Shown: positions 11,223 through 24,222, counted from the first letter of the stretch. The stretch is 64,000 nt of DNA from Gemmatimonadaceae bacterium (GCA_033763905.1 JANRJP010000085.1:1-64000); one strand, 5' to 3'. Made by a program: numbers and translations. The notes: a model not told the origin generated them from the letters alone.

Positions 11223-12548
11223 TCAGGGCACCGGCTTCGGTGCCCCGCCCGACCGCAGGAAATCCATCACGAGATTGGCGAAGGTCTTCACGCCCACCGG
11301 CAGGGCGCGGTCGTCCGCCTGAAAGAGCGGCGAGTGATTGGACGCCACCTTCTCCGGCGGCAGGTCGGGCGGGGTGACGCCAAGCCCGATGAAGAAACCC
11401 GGCGCCCGCTCGGCGAAGCGAGAGAAGTCCTCCGCCGGCATCGAGAGCCCGGTTTCGTCGGCGCCTGCTTCGCCCGCCACACGACGCAACGTGGGCAGGA
11501 ACTTCGACACCATCGCCGGGTGATTCACCGTCACCGGGTAGCCGATCGTGATCTGCACCTCGGCAGTTCCACCCGACGCGGCCGCAATGCCCTCGGCCGT
11601 GCGCTTCATCCGCTCGTGAATCGTGGTACGGATCTTTTCGTCGAAGGTGCGGATGGTCCCGATCATCCACACCGAGTCGGGGATGATGTTCTCGCGAAGG
11701 CCGCCGTGAAACGCGCCGACCGTCACGACCGCCGGGGCCTCGGTGAGGTCGATCTGGCGCGAGACGATCGTCTGCAGCGCGGTGACGATCTGCGCCCCGA
11801 TCACGATCGGGTCGATCGCCGTCGAGGGCATTGCCCCGTGCCCCTGCTTGCCGCGGACGATGATGCGGAAGTTGTCCGCGCTCGCCTGCGCCGGCCCGGC
11901 GCGATACGTCAGCGAGCCCAGCTTGCCGGGAAAGACGTGAATGCCGAAGATGCCGTCGACGCCTTCCATCACGCCGGCTTCGATCATCGGCTTCGCGCCA
12001 CCGCGCGGCGCCACTTCCTCGGCGGGCTGGAAGATGAACTTGACCGTGCCCGGAATGCGCGCCTTGAGGCCGGTGAGGACTTCGGCGGCGCCCATCAGCA
12101 TTGCGACGTGCGTATCGTGCCCGCAGGCGTGCATCACGCCCACTTCCTGTCCGTTGTAGACGGTGCGCACGTTCGACTTGAACGGCACATCGACCTGCTC
12201 GCTCACCGGCAGTGCGTCCATATCGGCACGGAGCGCCACGGTCGGGCCCGGCTTGCCGCCGCGCAGAATGCCGACGACGCCGGGAATGCCGCCCACGTTC
12301 TCCTGCACGTCCAGCCCGAGCGACTTGAGATGCGCCGCGACCAGCGCGGCGGTGCGCTTTTCCTGATACCCCAGTTCCGGATGCTGATGAATGTCGTGGC
12401 GCCACGCGGTGACCTTGTTCGCGATCGCCGCGGTACGGCGATCGATCTCGGCGGCCAGCGCGGGGTCGTTCGGGATGAGCTGTGCCGCCAGCGGCTGGGC
12501 GAGCGGCGCGGCCATCAGCGCGGCGGCGGCGAGAAGCGAGATGCGCAT
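11223..12548 (-). CDS. Secreted M20D amidohydrolase
   Basis: Signal peptide; HQHPEL, LRADMDALP, MHACGHD, FQPAEE, AEDFS and NHSP motifs. Confidence 0.92.
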   Translation of the reverse strand: MRISLLAAAALMAAPLAQPLAAQLIPNDPALAAEIDRRTAAIANKVTAWRHDIHQHPELGYQEKRTAALVAAHLKSLGLDVQENVGGIPGVVGILRGGKPGPTVALRADMDALPVSEQVDVPFKSNVRTVYNGQEVGVMHACGHDTHVAMLMGAAEVLTGLKARIPGTVKFIFQPAEEVAPRGGAKPMIEAGVMEGVDGIFGIHVFPGKLGSLTYRAGPAQASADNFRIIVRGKQGHGAMPSTAIDPIVIGAQIVTALQTIVSRQIDLTEAPAVVTVGAFHGGLRENIIPDSVWMIGTIRTFDEKIRTTIHERMKRTAEGIAAASGGTAEVQITIGYPVTVNHPAMVSKFLPTLRRVAGEAGADETGLSMPAEDFSRFAERAPGFFIGLGVTPPDLPPEKVASNHSPLFQADDRALPVGVKTFANLVMDFLRSGGAPKPVP

Positions 12549-12623
12549 ATCGGGGATGGGGTGGGGAGTGTCCGGAATCTACCCCGAGGGCAACGCCCCG
12601 CATCGGGCCGCTAGATTCCGGCT

Positions 12624-13472
12624 ATGGCACACATCGCATATCTCGGGACCGGGCTGTTGGGCTCGGCATTCGTGGAAGCGGCGCTCGGGCGCGGCGACCG
12701 CGTCACCGTCTGGAACCGCACGCGCGACAAACTCGCGCCGCTCGTGGCGCTGGGCGCCACGGCCGCCGACTCGCCGGCCGACGCGGTGCGTGGCGCCGAG
12801 CGCGTGCACGTGGTGCTGCGCGATGACGCCAGCGTGGACGACGTGCTGCACGCCGCACGCGCCGGTCTCGCACCGACGACGATCATCGTCGATCACACCA
12901 CGAATCAGCCGGCGCTCACGAAGGCGCGCGCGATGCGTCTCGAGGCGGACGCGGTCGCGTACCTGCACTGTCCGGTCTTCATCGGCCCCGTGATGGCGCG
13001 GCAGGGCCAGGGGACGATCCTCGCCTGCGGCCCCACCGCGCGCTTCGAGGCCGTCCGTCCCGCCCTGCAGCAGCAGGCGAGTCGCGTGGAGTATCTCGGT
13101 GAGCGTCCCGACGCCGCCGCGACGCTCAAGCTCTGCGGCAACGCCTTCATCGTGGGCGTGACGGCACTGATCTCCGATGCGCTCAGCGTCGGGCGCGGTG
13201 GCGGTCTTTCGCCGGACGCCGTGTTGGCGCTGTTCGAGTACTTCAATCCCGCCGGCCAAGTGGCGTCGCGCGGACGCAAGATCGCCGCGCGCGATTTCGC
13301 CGCGACGTTCGAACTGGCGATGGCACGCAAGGATGTGCGCTTGATGCTCGAGACGGCGGGCGATGCGCCCTTGGCGGTGTTGCCTGGCGTCGCCGCGCGG
13401 ATGGATGCCTTGCTGGCTGCCGGCCACGGGCACGACGACCTCGCCGTGTTGGGACGCGACGCGACGTCGTGA
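12624..13472 (+). CDS. NAD(P)-dependent oxidoreductase (3-hydroxyisobutyrate/6-phosphogluconate dehydrogenase family)
   Basis: GTGLLG Rossmann motif, VWNRT, LKLCGN and FELAMARKD. Confidence 0.88.
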   Translation: MAHIAYLGTGLLGSAFVEAALGRGDRVTVWNRTRDKLAPLVALGATAADSPADAVRGAERVHVVLRDDASVDDVLHAARAGLAPTTIIVDHTTNQPALTKARAMRLEADAVAYLHCPVFIGPVMARQGQGTILACGPTARFEAVRPALQQQASRVEYLGERPDAAATLKLCGNAFIVGVTALISDALSVGRGGGLSPDAVLALFEYFNPAGQVASRGRKIAARDFAATFELAMARKDVRLMLETAGDAPLAVLPGVAARMDALLAAGHGHDDLAVLGRDATS

Positions 13473-13523
13473 TGCGGCGGGCACGCCTCGTGCAAAAGTC
13501 GACACGACGACTTGCGCGAGGCG

Positions 13524-13539
13524 TGGCAACCCGCTTGCT
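13524..13539 (+). promoter_or_regulatory. Sigma54 (RpoN) -24/-12 promoter
   Basis: TGGCAA-CCCGC-TTGCT closely matches TGGCAC-N5-TTGCW, with GG and GC exactly 12 nt apart; intergenic, upstream of csp. Confidence 0.72.
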
Positions 13540-13592
13540 TACAGTATCGACACACGGGCATATGCTCGTGGCCAGAACAGATTCCGTGGAGC

Positions 13593-13628
13593 GGGGCCTG
13601 CGAATGCGAGCGGGCCCCTTCTTTTTTT
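13593..13628 (+). terminator. Intrinsic terminator inside the csp leader
   Basis: GGGGCCTGC-(8 nt loop)-GCGGGCCCC 9-bp stem followed by TTCTTTTTTT. Confidence 0.75.
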
Positions 13629-13760
13629 CCACGACATTTGCCGCCAGTTGGCGGAACCCCCGCGCGAGGGCCTCGCGTGCAGTTGCGGTCGGTTTCGTAT
13701 TGCATCGGTCTTTGGGCCCCTGCTCCGACTTCAGCGATTTTTAGGTTACAGGAGCTTCAA

Positions 13761-13973
13761 ATGCGTACGACCGGCACCGTGAAGTGGTTCAACGACAGCA
13801 AGGGCTTTGGCTTCATCACGCCCAGCGACGGCTCGAAGGACTGCTTCGTGCATCACTCGGCCATCCAGGCCAATGGCTTCCGTTCCCTCGCCGAAGGCGC
13901 GACCGTCGAATTCGACATCGTGCAGGGCCAGAAGGGACCGTCGGCCGAGAACGTCGTGCAGGTTTCGCGCTAA
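13761..13973 (+). CDS. cspA: Cold-shock protein (CspA family), 70 aa
   Basis: [15 protein letters not shown] (RNP1) and CFVHHSAI (RNP2); AGGAG ribosome-binding site. Confidence 0.95.
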   Translation: MRTTGTVKWFNDSKGFGFITPSDGSKDCFVHHSAIQANGFRSLAEGATVEFDIVQGQKGPSAENVVQVSR

Positions 13974-13994
13974 GCGCGTTCCGCACCGCACGAC

Positions 13995-14027
13995 TCGTAC
14001 GGCGCGTCGCATCGGCGCGCCGTACGA
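13995..14027 (+). terminator. Strong hairpin downstream of csp
   Basis: TCGTACGGCGCGTCG-CAT-CGGCGCGCCGTACGA, 15-bp stem with one G-U pair; no U tract. Confidence 0.55.
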
Positions 14028-14052
14028 CCCATTCTCCACACAGAGGCCAGCA

Positions 14053-14616
14053 ATGCGATCGCATCCCGCCGACGACCGGCTCTTCGGTACGGCTGAGTCG
14101 GGCCTCACCGCGTCCTTCCTGATGTCCCCCCGGGCCCACGCGGCCTGCGCGCGCGAGTTCTCCCGCATCGCGACGGACGTCAGCGATCGACTGACCAACG
14201 CACAACTTGCCGTGGGTGGCGACGCGCCAACCGTTCGGCTCGCGCCCAACCGCTGCATCGTGCAGTGCGGTCCGGTTGCCCTCACGGTCACGTGGCTCTG
14301 CGGCGCTGGCGACAGCGTTGTCGGCGGCGAACTGCTGGCCATCGTGTGGTCCGGCACCATTGCCCCACGCGGCGATCCGATTCCGGAGCGTCCCCGCGCC
14401 GGTCGTGCCGTCGCACCGGTCGCCTTGTGGGAGTCTACCTTCCGCCCCGTGGCCGGCGATGCCGCCAGCTGGGCGTGGCAGAACATCGCGAACGAAGAGC
14501 GTGCGCTGACGTCATCGGCCCTCGCCCTCCTCTGCGTCGAGCAGATCACCTTGGCCCGCGGCGCCGCACCGGCGCTGGTCGCGGCCGGGTCCACTCTCAA
14601 TCCCCCGACCGCGTGA
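14053..14616 (+). CDS. Hypothetical protein between csp and infA
   Basis: GAGG upstream of the ATG; stop overlaps the infA start (GTGA). Confidence 0.65.
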   Translation: MRSHPADDRLFGTAESGLTASFLMSPRAHAACAREFSRIATDVSDRLTNAQLAVGGDAPTVRLAPNRCIVQCGPVALTVTWLCGAGDSVVGGELLAIVWSGTIAPRGDPIPERPRAGRAVAPVALWESTFRPVAGDAASWAWQNIANEERALTSSALALLCVEQITLARGAAPALVAAGSTLNPPTA

Positions 14617-14828
14617 AGCAAGAAGCCATCGAAATGGAAGGCACCGTCGCCGAAGTACTGCCCGGCGCGATGTTCCGTGTGGACGTCTCGAACGGCCACC
14701 AACTGCTCGCCGCCACGGCGGGCAAGATGCGCAAGTTCCGCATTCGCATCATTGCCGGTGACCGCGTCACGGTGGAAGTCTCGCCGTACGACCTCTCGCG
14801 CGGCCGAATCACCTTCCGGCACAAGTAA
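14613..14828 (+). CDS. infA: Translation initiation factor IF-1 (probably a paralog)
   Basis: [14 protein letters not shown]...[33 protein letters not shown]. Confidence 0.95.
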   Translation: MKQEAIEMEGTVAEVLPGAMFRVDVSNGHQLLAATAGKMRKFRIRIIAGDRVTVEVSPYDLSRGRITFRHK

Positions 14829-14889
14829 GGCCGGACCCAGTCGCAGTCGCGCCAGTGGCGCGACGGATCGCGATTGCTACAATCCGGCT

Positions 14890-15903
14890 GTGTCTATCGC
14901 CGGTCAGCGCCTCGCCCTCGTCAGTCTGGTCGTGCCGGAGTACGACGAGGCCGTCGCCTACTACACCAGCGTGCTCGGCTTGCGGCTCGTGCAGGACGAG
15001 CCGCAAGGTGACGGCAAGCGTTGGGTCGTGGTCGCCCCCGCGGGCGCGCCGGCCGGCGGCGCCGCGTTGTTGCTGGCGCGCGCCGCGACGCCCGAGCAGG
15101 CCTCCCGCGTGGGCAACCAGACGGGAGGACGGGTCTTCCTGTTCCTCCACACGGCCGATTTTGCGGCGGATTACGCGCGCTATGCGGCTGCGGGCGTCGA
15201 GTTCCTGAGCGAGCCCCGCGACGAACCCTACGGCCGCGTCGCTGTGTTCCGCGACCGCTACGGCACCAAGTGGGATCTGATCGAACCGCGAGTCGCCACG
15301 CCCCTCGCCCACGAGGCCGCAGGGCTGGAGGCACACGCCGATGCCCTGCTGGCGTTTCTCACCGAATGCGAACGGCTCAAGACGGCGCTCCGGAGCGGCT
15401 GGACCTCCGCCGGTCGGCGCGAGAGTGTCGCCGAGCACACCTGGCGGCTGATGATGCTGGCACTGGTGATTCACCCCTCGGTGCCTGAGGCCGATCTCTT
15501 CCGGGTCCTCAAGATCTGCCTCGTGCACGATCTCGGCGAAGCGATTGGCGGCGACGTGCCGGCCCCGGAACAGGCGGCCCGTGGCGGGGTGAAAGGCACG
15601 GATGAGCGTCGGGATCTGCAAACACTGATCGCCCCGCTGCCCGCCGCGCTGGCGACCGAGATTCTGGCGTTGTGGGACGAATACGAGGCCGCCAGCACCG
15701 CCGAGGCGAGGCTCGCCAAGGCCCTCGACAAGCTCGAGACGATCTTGCAGCACACGCAAGGCGACAACCCGATGGATTTCGACTACCGATTCAATCTCCA
15801 CTACGGGCGACGCTACACCGAGGCCCCGCCCATCGTCGCCGCGCTCCGCGCTCGGCTCGATGCGGCCACGGAAGCGCGCGCCCACGCGCAGGAGTCGGCC
15901 TGA
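14890..15903 (+). CDS. Fusion of VOC/glyoxalase domain and HD-domain hydrolase (HD_3/HDDC2-like)
   Basis: N-half YDEAVAYY, GNQTGGRVFLFL and EPYGRVAVFRDRYG; C-half ESVAEHTWRL, CLVHDLGEA and KALDKLE. Confidence 0.85.
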   Translation: MSIAGQRLALVSLVVPEYDEAVAYYTSVLGLRLVQDEPQGDGKRWVVVAPAGAPAGGAALLLARAATPEQASRVGNQTGGRVFLFLHTADFAADYARYAAAGVEFLSEPRDEPYGRVAVFRDRYGTKWDLIEPRVATPLAHEAAGLEAHADALLAFLTECERLKTALRSGWTSAGRRESVAEHTWRLMMLALVIHPSVPEADLFRVLKICLVHDLGEAIGGDVPAPEQAARGGVKGTDERRDLQTLIAPLPAALATEILALWDEYEAASTAEARLAKALDKLETILQHTQGDNPMDFDYRFNLHYGRRYTEAPPIVAALRARLDAATEARAHAQESA

Positions 15904-15904
15904 G

Positions 15905-17395
15905 ATGCGCGTCGCACGCACCGTACTACTGCTGATCGGCCTCCTGCCACTGGGCGCGAGCGCGCAGCGACCCGTCCCGCCGCCGACGCCGCTGCCGATG
16001 CCAGCAAGCGCCGACGCCGCCTCGGCCGGCGGGGCGCGAGTCTCAGGCAGCATTGTCGATTCGCTCGCGTCGAAGCCCTTGGCGAGCGCCGTCGTCCAGA
16101 TCGTCTCGGCGACTGATGCCCGTGTCGCACGCACCGCGACCACGGATGTGAGCGGACAGTTCGTGTTCGACGGCGTGGCGGCGGGCCGCTATCTGCTTGG
16201 CGTGTCGCACCCCAGCCTCGACTCCCTCGGTGTGGCGTTGCCGCTGGTGGCGTTCACGGCGGGTGATGACGACCTGCGACTCACGCTTGGGACCCCGTCG
16301 GCGCTCACGCTGCGGCGCACGATGTGCGGCGGTTCCGGTGCCGACGTGGCCGCGGTGATCCTCGCGCGGGTCCGCGGCGCGTCCGACGGCCTCCCTCGCG
16401 TCCCCGCGCAGGTGCGGGCGACGTGGACCGAGGTCGTGGTCGCAGGGCTGCGGGTGCAGCGCATTCCGCGTCAGGTCGTCGCCGACGCGAACGACGACGG
16501 GCTGGCGGTCCTCTGCGATGTCCCGCTCAACGGCAGCGTCACCCTTCGCGCGTGGGCCGGGGCCGACTCCAGCGGGTTCGCGCCGGAGGATATGCCCACG
16601 TCCGGCCTGCTCAAGCGCGACTTGCTCGTCGCACCGGTGATGGTCGCGCAGGTCGTGGATACGGCCGCGGACTCGTCGACGGTCACGTCCACCGTGTTGC
16701 AGGGGACCGGCATCCTCCGTGGCGTCGTCCGGCGCGAGAACGGCGGTCGCTTGCGTGGCGCCCGGGTGCAGATCCAGGGCGGCGCGACCACCGCCACCAC
16801 CGATGAACAGGGACGCTATCGGCTGACGGACCTTCCCCTGGGCACGCACCAACTCACGGTGCGCGCCGTGGGCTTCGTGACGGCGCGCGTGTCGGTCGAC
16901 GTGCTCGGTGCCGGGGAAAGCACCAAGGACATCGTGCTCGCGCCGATTCAGCAGACGCTGTCCACCGTCACGGTGACGAGCGAACGCCTCACGAACTCCC
17001 GCGGGATGATGGAGTTCGAGCGTCGCCGGAAGGCTGGGTTCGGCACGTTCTTCGATGAGAAGTTCATCACCGAGTTCAATCCCACCCAGACCACCGATCT
17101 CTTCCGCTTCGTGCCCGGCGCGACCGTGCAGCGCACGACGCGCGGCAATCGGCTCGTGTTGCGCGGCGCGGATTTCCGCGGCCTCTACTGCGAGCCGACC
17201 TACTTCGTCGATGGACTCCGGGTGCGATTGACCGAGAACGAGTCGATCGACGACATCGTGCCGCCCAAGGACATTCAGGCGGTCGAGGCCTATGTGCGCA
17301 CCGGGAGCGTGCCGGTGCAATTCCAGTCCAACGACGGCTGCGGCACGATCGTCATCTGGACCGGCGGCCGAAGGAACTCCGCGCCGACCCGATAG
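15905..17395 (+). CDS. Secreted protein with carboxypeptidase-regulatory-like domains and a C-terminal TonB plug domain, no barrel
   Basis: Signal peptide; two TDxxGxF/Y beta-sandwich units; LSTVTVT, TDLFRFVPG, YFVDG, DIQAVE and CGTIVIWT. Confidence 0.75.
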   Translation: MRVARTVLLLIGLLPLGASAQRPVPPPTPLPMPASADAASAGGARVSGSIVDSLASKPLASAVVQIVSATDARVARTATTDVSGQFVFDGVAAGRYLLGVSHPSLDSLGVALPLVAFTAGDDDLRLTLGTPSALTLRRTMCGGSGADVAAVILARVRGASDGLPRVPAQVRATWTEVVVAGLRVQRIPRQVVADANDDGLAVLCDVPLNGSVTLRAWAGADSSGFAPEDMPTSGLLKRDLLVAPVMVAQVVDTAADSSTVTSTVLQGTGILRGVVRRENGGRLRGARVQIQGGATTATTDEQGRYRLTDLPLGTHQLTVRAVGFVTARVSVDVLGAGESTKDIVLAPIQQTLSTVTVTSERLTNSRGMMEFERRRKAGFGTFFDEKFITEFNPTQTTDLFRFVPGATVQRTTRGNRLVLRGADFRGLYCEPTYFVDGLRVRLTENESIDDIVPPKDIQAVEAYVRTGSVPVQFQSNDGCGTIVIWTGGRRNSAPTR

Positions 17396-17398
17396 CGA

Positions 17399-17428
17399 CA
17401 CGGCCGCGGCAACCTCGCCGCGGCCGTG
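17399..17428. terminator. Bidirectional hairpin between convergent genes
   Basis: CACGGCCGCGGC-AACCTC-GCCGCGGCCGTG perfect 12-bp stem. Confidence 0.7.
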
Positions 17429-17437
17429 GTCCCGCCC

Positions 17438-21085
<3,648 letters not shown>

Positions 21086-21104
21086 TCCTCCGTCCCAATC
21101 CGCC

Positions 21105-23276
21105 GTGTTCCGTCGCTTGATCGTGTCCGCCACGCTGTGTGCATCCGCCGGCTGCGCGGGCGCACCCACGCCCGAGGTCGCCGCCTGGGAGGCCTGCGCC
21201 GCCACCGTGACCATTCAGCGCGACGACTGGGGTATCGCGCACGTGTCGGCGAAGACCGATGCCGATGCGATCTTCGGGATGCTGTACGCGCAGGCGGAAG
21301 ACGACTTTAATCGCATCGAGACGAATTTCCTGACGGCGCTGGGTCGACTGGCCGAGGCCGAAGGCGCGTCGGCGCAGTGGCGCGATCTCCGGATGCGCCT
21401 GTTCATCGACCCCGACACCCTCAAGGCGCAGTACGCCGCGAGCCCCGCGTGGCTCAAGGCCCTGATGGACGCCTGGGCCGACGGGCTCAACTACTATCTG
21501 CATACGCACCCGCAGGTGCGGCCGCGCGTCCTCACGCGCTTCGAGCCCTGGATGGCGCTGGCGTTCTCGGAAGGGAGCATTGGCGGCGACATCGAGTCGG
21601 TGAGCACGCGCGCGCTGGCGGCCTTCTACGGCGACACCGCCGCAGCGGTCGCGGTGGTGCCGGTCTCGCGCACGCCGAAGGAGCCGAGCGGGTCGAACGG
21701 CATTGCGATCGCTCCGGCCAAGTCCGCCTCGGGGAAGGCGCTACTGCTGATCAATCCGCACACGTCGTTCTTCTTTCGTGACGAGGTGCAGGTCACGAGC
21801 GACGAGGGACTCAACGCCTACGGCGCGGTGACGTGGGGTCAGTTCTTCATCTATCAGGGCTTCAACGAACGCACGGGCTGGATGCACACCTCCAGCTCCG
21901 CCGATGCGATCGACGAGTTCCTCGAGACGGTGGATTCCACCGCGGCCGGCTGGCGCTACAAGTCCGGCACCGCGTGGCGCGAGCTGCAGGTGGTGCCGGT
22001 GACGATCCGCGTGCGGGAGGGCGACTCACTGGTCGCCCGCACCTTCCCGACGTACCGGACGCACCACGGGCCGATCGTGCGCCGCGAGGGCGCGCGCTGG
22101 GTCAGCGTCGGCCTGATGAACAACCCGGTCACGGCCCTCACGCAGTCGTACGCACGCACCAAGGCGAAGTCGTTCGCCGAGTTCAAGGCGACGATGGATC
22201 TGCACACGAACTCGTCGAACAACACGATCTATGCCGACGCCGACGGTGTCACGGCGTACTTTCACGCGAACTTCGTGCCGAAGCGCGATCCCCGGTTCGA
22301 CTGGCGTCGACCGGTCGATGGCAGCAACGCCGCCACCGACTGGAAGGGCGTGCACACCGTCGACGAATCGCCCTTGGTCGTGAGTCCGGCGAACGGCTGG
22401 CTCTACAACACCAACAACTTCCCGTATTCTGCGGCGGGCCCCGACAGCCCCAAGAAGGCGTCGTTCCCGGCGTATATGGACTGGGGCGCCGAGAATCCCC
22501 GCGGCATTCACGCGATGCGCGTACTGTCGGCGCAGTCGTCGTTCACGATCGCCACCTTGCGTGACGCGGCGTACGACTCGTGGTTACCCGCCTTCGATCA
22601 GTTGCTGCCGGCGCTGTTCCGCGCCTACGATCGCCTGCCGGCCGCTGCCCCAGAACGCGCGGCACTGGCGGCGCCGATCGACAGTCTCAAGCGCTGGGAC
22701 CGCCGCTGGAGCGCTGCATCCGTGCCGACGTCGCTCGCGATCGCGTGGGGTGACGAAGTCTGGACCCGCGTGAACGCCGACGCGAATGCCGAAGATCTGT
22801 CGGTGTACGACTACATCGCGTCGCGTGCCCCCGATGCGGCGCTCGTCGGCGCGCTCACGACGGCAGTGGAGACCCTGACGGCGGACTTCGGCCGCTGGGA
22901 GACGCCCTGGGGCGAACGCAACCGCTTCCAGCGTGTGACGGCCGACATCGTGCAGCCCTTCTCGGACTCGGCCCCGAGCATTGCGGTGCCGTTCGCCTCC
23001 GCGCGCTGGGGCTCACTCGCCTCGTTCGGTGCCCGGAAGTACCCCGGCACCAAGCGGATGTACGGCACGAGCGGCAACAGCTTCGTGGCCATCGTCGAGT
23101 TCGGCGACAAGGTGCGCGCCGTGGCGGTCACGGCGGGTGGCGTGCGCGGCGATGCGTCGTCGAAGCACTTCAACGATCAGGCCACGCGGTACGCCGACGG
23201 CGCGCTGCGAGAGGTGTACTTCTACCCCGAGCAGCGCAGCGGCCATATCGAGCGGGAGTACCGCCCGGGCCAGTGA
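21105..23276 (+). CDS. Penicillin acylase / AHL acylase family Ntn-hydrolase (peptidase S45)
   Basis: RDDWGIAHV, YAQAED, GSNGIAIAP (beta-chain Ser nucleophile), LLINPH and SNNTIYAD. Confidence 0.9.
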   Translation: MFRRLIVSATLCASAGCAGAPTPEVAAWEACAATVTIQRDDWGIAHVSAKTDADAIFGMLYAQAEDDFNRIETNFLTALGRLAEAEGASAQWRDLRMRLFIDPDTLKAQYAASPAWLKALMDAWADGLNYYLHTHPQVRPRVLTRFEPWMALAFSEGSIGGDIESVSTRALAAFYGDTAAAVAVVPVSRTPKEPSGSNGIAIAPAKSASGKALLLINPHTSFFFRDEVQVTSDEGLNAYGAVTWGQFFIYQGFNERTGWMHTSSSADAIDEFLETVDSTAAGWRYKSGTAWRELQVVPVTIRVREGDSLVARTFPTYRTHHGPIVRREGARWVSVGLMNNPVTALTQSYARTKAKSFAEFKATMDLHTNSSNNTIYADADGVTAYFHANFVPKRDPRFDWRRPVDGSNAATDWKGVHTVDESPLVVSPANGWLYNTNNFPYSAAGPDSPKKASFPAYMDWGAENPRGIHAMRVLSAQSSFTIATLRDAAYDSWLPAFDQLLPALFRAYDRLPAAAPERAALAAPIDSLKRWDRRWSAASVPTSLAIAWGDEVWTRVNADANAEDLSVYDYIASRAPDAALVGALTTAVETLTADFGRWETPWGERNRFQRVTADIVQPFSDSAPSIAVPFASARWGSLASFGARKYPGTKRMYGTSGNSFVAIVEFGDKVRAVAVTAGGVRGDASSKHFNDQATRYADGALREVYFYPEQRSGHIEREYRPGQ

Positions 23277-23334
23277 CGGCGCAGTAGCGCCGGACAGCAG
23301 TTCCGCTTCGGCCACCGTCCGGCGACTTTGCGGG

Positions 23335-24222
23335 ATGCCGCTGCGCACCGCCCCGGACAATCTCGTCACCCGTCGGCACGTCGTGCAGACCCTGACGGGC
23401 TGCGCCGCCCATTTGGCGGCCGCCGCGCTGGTGTTGCCAGCGTCGGCCCGTCGGTTGTTTGCCGCCCCGCGGCTGCCGGTGGTGGCCGCCGAACCCTTCG
23501 GTCGGCTGGAGCGGGTGGCCGACGGCGTCTGGGCGTTGATCTCCACCCCGTTTGGCGGTGATCGGACGACGCTGGCGAATGGCGGGCTGATCGCGGGCAC
23601 GCAGGCCGTGCTGGCCATCGAAGGCTTCTTCCAGCCGGCAGGGGCCGCGTGGCTGGCCGCGCAGAGCGTGGCACTCACAGGCCGCCATCCGACGCACGTG
23701 CTGCTCACCCACCATCACGCAGATCACGTCACGGGCGTGACCGGCTACGCGCGCGGTGCCGAGGCGCCGCTGCGGGTCACGGACGCCGGCACGCTCGATC
23801 TCGGGGGGCGGACCGTCAGGATTCGGCAGTTGCGAGGCCATACGGCCCGCGATCTCGTCGTGGTGTGCGACGACCCGGCGGTCACCTTCGCCGGCGATCT
23901 GATGTGGAACGGCATCTTCCCCAACTACGTGGATGCCGACCCGGTCGCGCTGCGCGAGTCGGTCACCTGGGTTGGCCGGCAACGCACGCCGATCGTGCCG
24001 GGGCACGGCTCCGTCGCCGACGCGGCCTCGTTCGCGCGATACGCCGCGCTGCTCGATGAGATCGAGGCCGCGGCGCGTCGGGGGCACGCCGCGGGCGTCA
24101 CCGCCGCCGTCGCAGCACAAGGCTGGGCGGCGCCCGCCTCGCTCGGCGACTGGACTCTGTTCAACCCGTCGTTCACCGAACGCGCCTTCGCGGCGTGGTA
24201 CAAGCAGTTGGGTACGCGATGA
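23335..24222 (+). CDS. MBL-fold metallo-hydrolase with Tat-like signal
   Basis: TRRHVV twin-arginine; THHHADH, GHT, FAGDL and VPGHG. Confidence 0.85.
   Translation: MPLRTAPDNLVTRRHVVQTLTGCAAHLAAAALVLPASARRLFAAPRLPVVAAEPFGRLERVADGVWALISTPFGGDRTTLANGGLIAGTQAVLAIEGFFQPAGAAWLAAQSVALTGRHPTHVLLTHHHADHVTGVTGYARGAEAPLRVTDAGTLDLGGRTVRIRQLRGHTARDLVVVCDDPAVTFAGDLMWNGIFPNYVDADPVALRESVTWVGRQRTPIVPGHGSVADAASFARYAALLDEIEAAARRGHAAGVTAAVAAQGWAAPASLGDWTLFNPSFTERAFAAWYKQLGTR

Noticed and set aside
13469..13760. Short ORFs or an N-terminal csp extension across the leader
   Set aside because: No RBS or coding bias; csp has a clear AGGAG-ATG start at 13761. A leader peptide from the ATG at 13562 cannot be fully excluded
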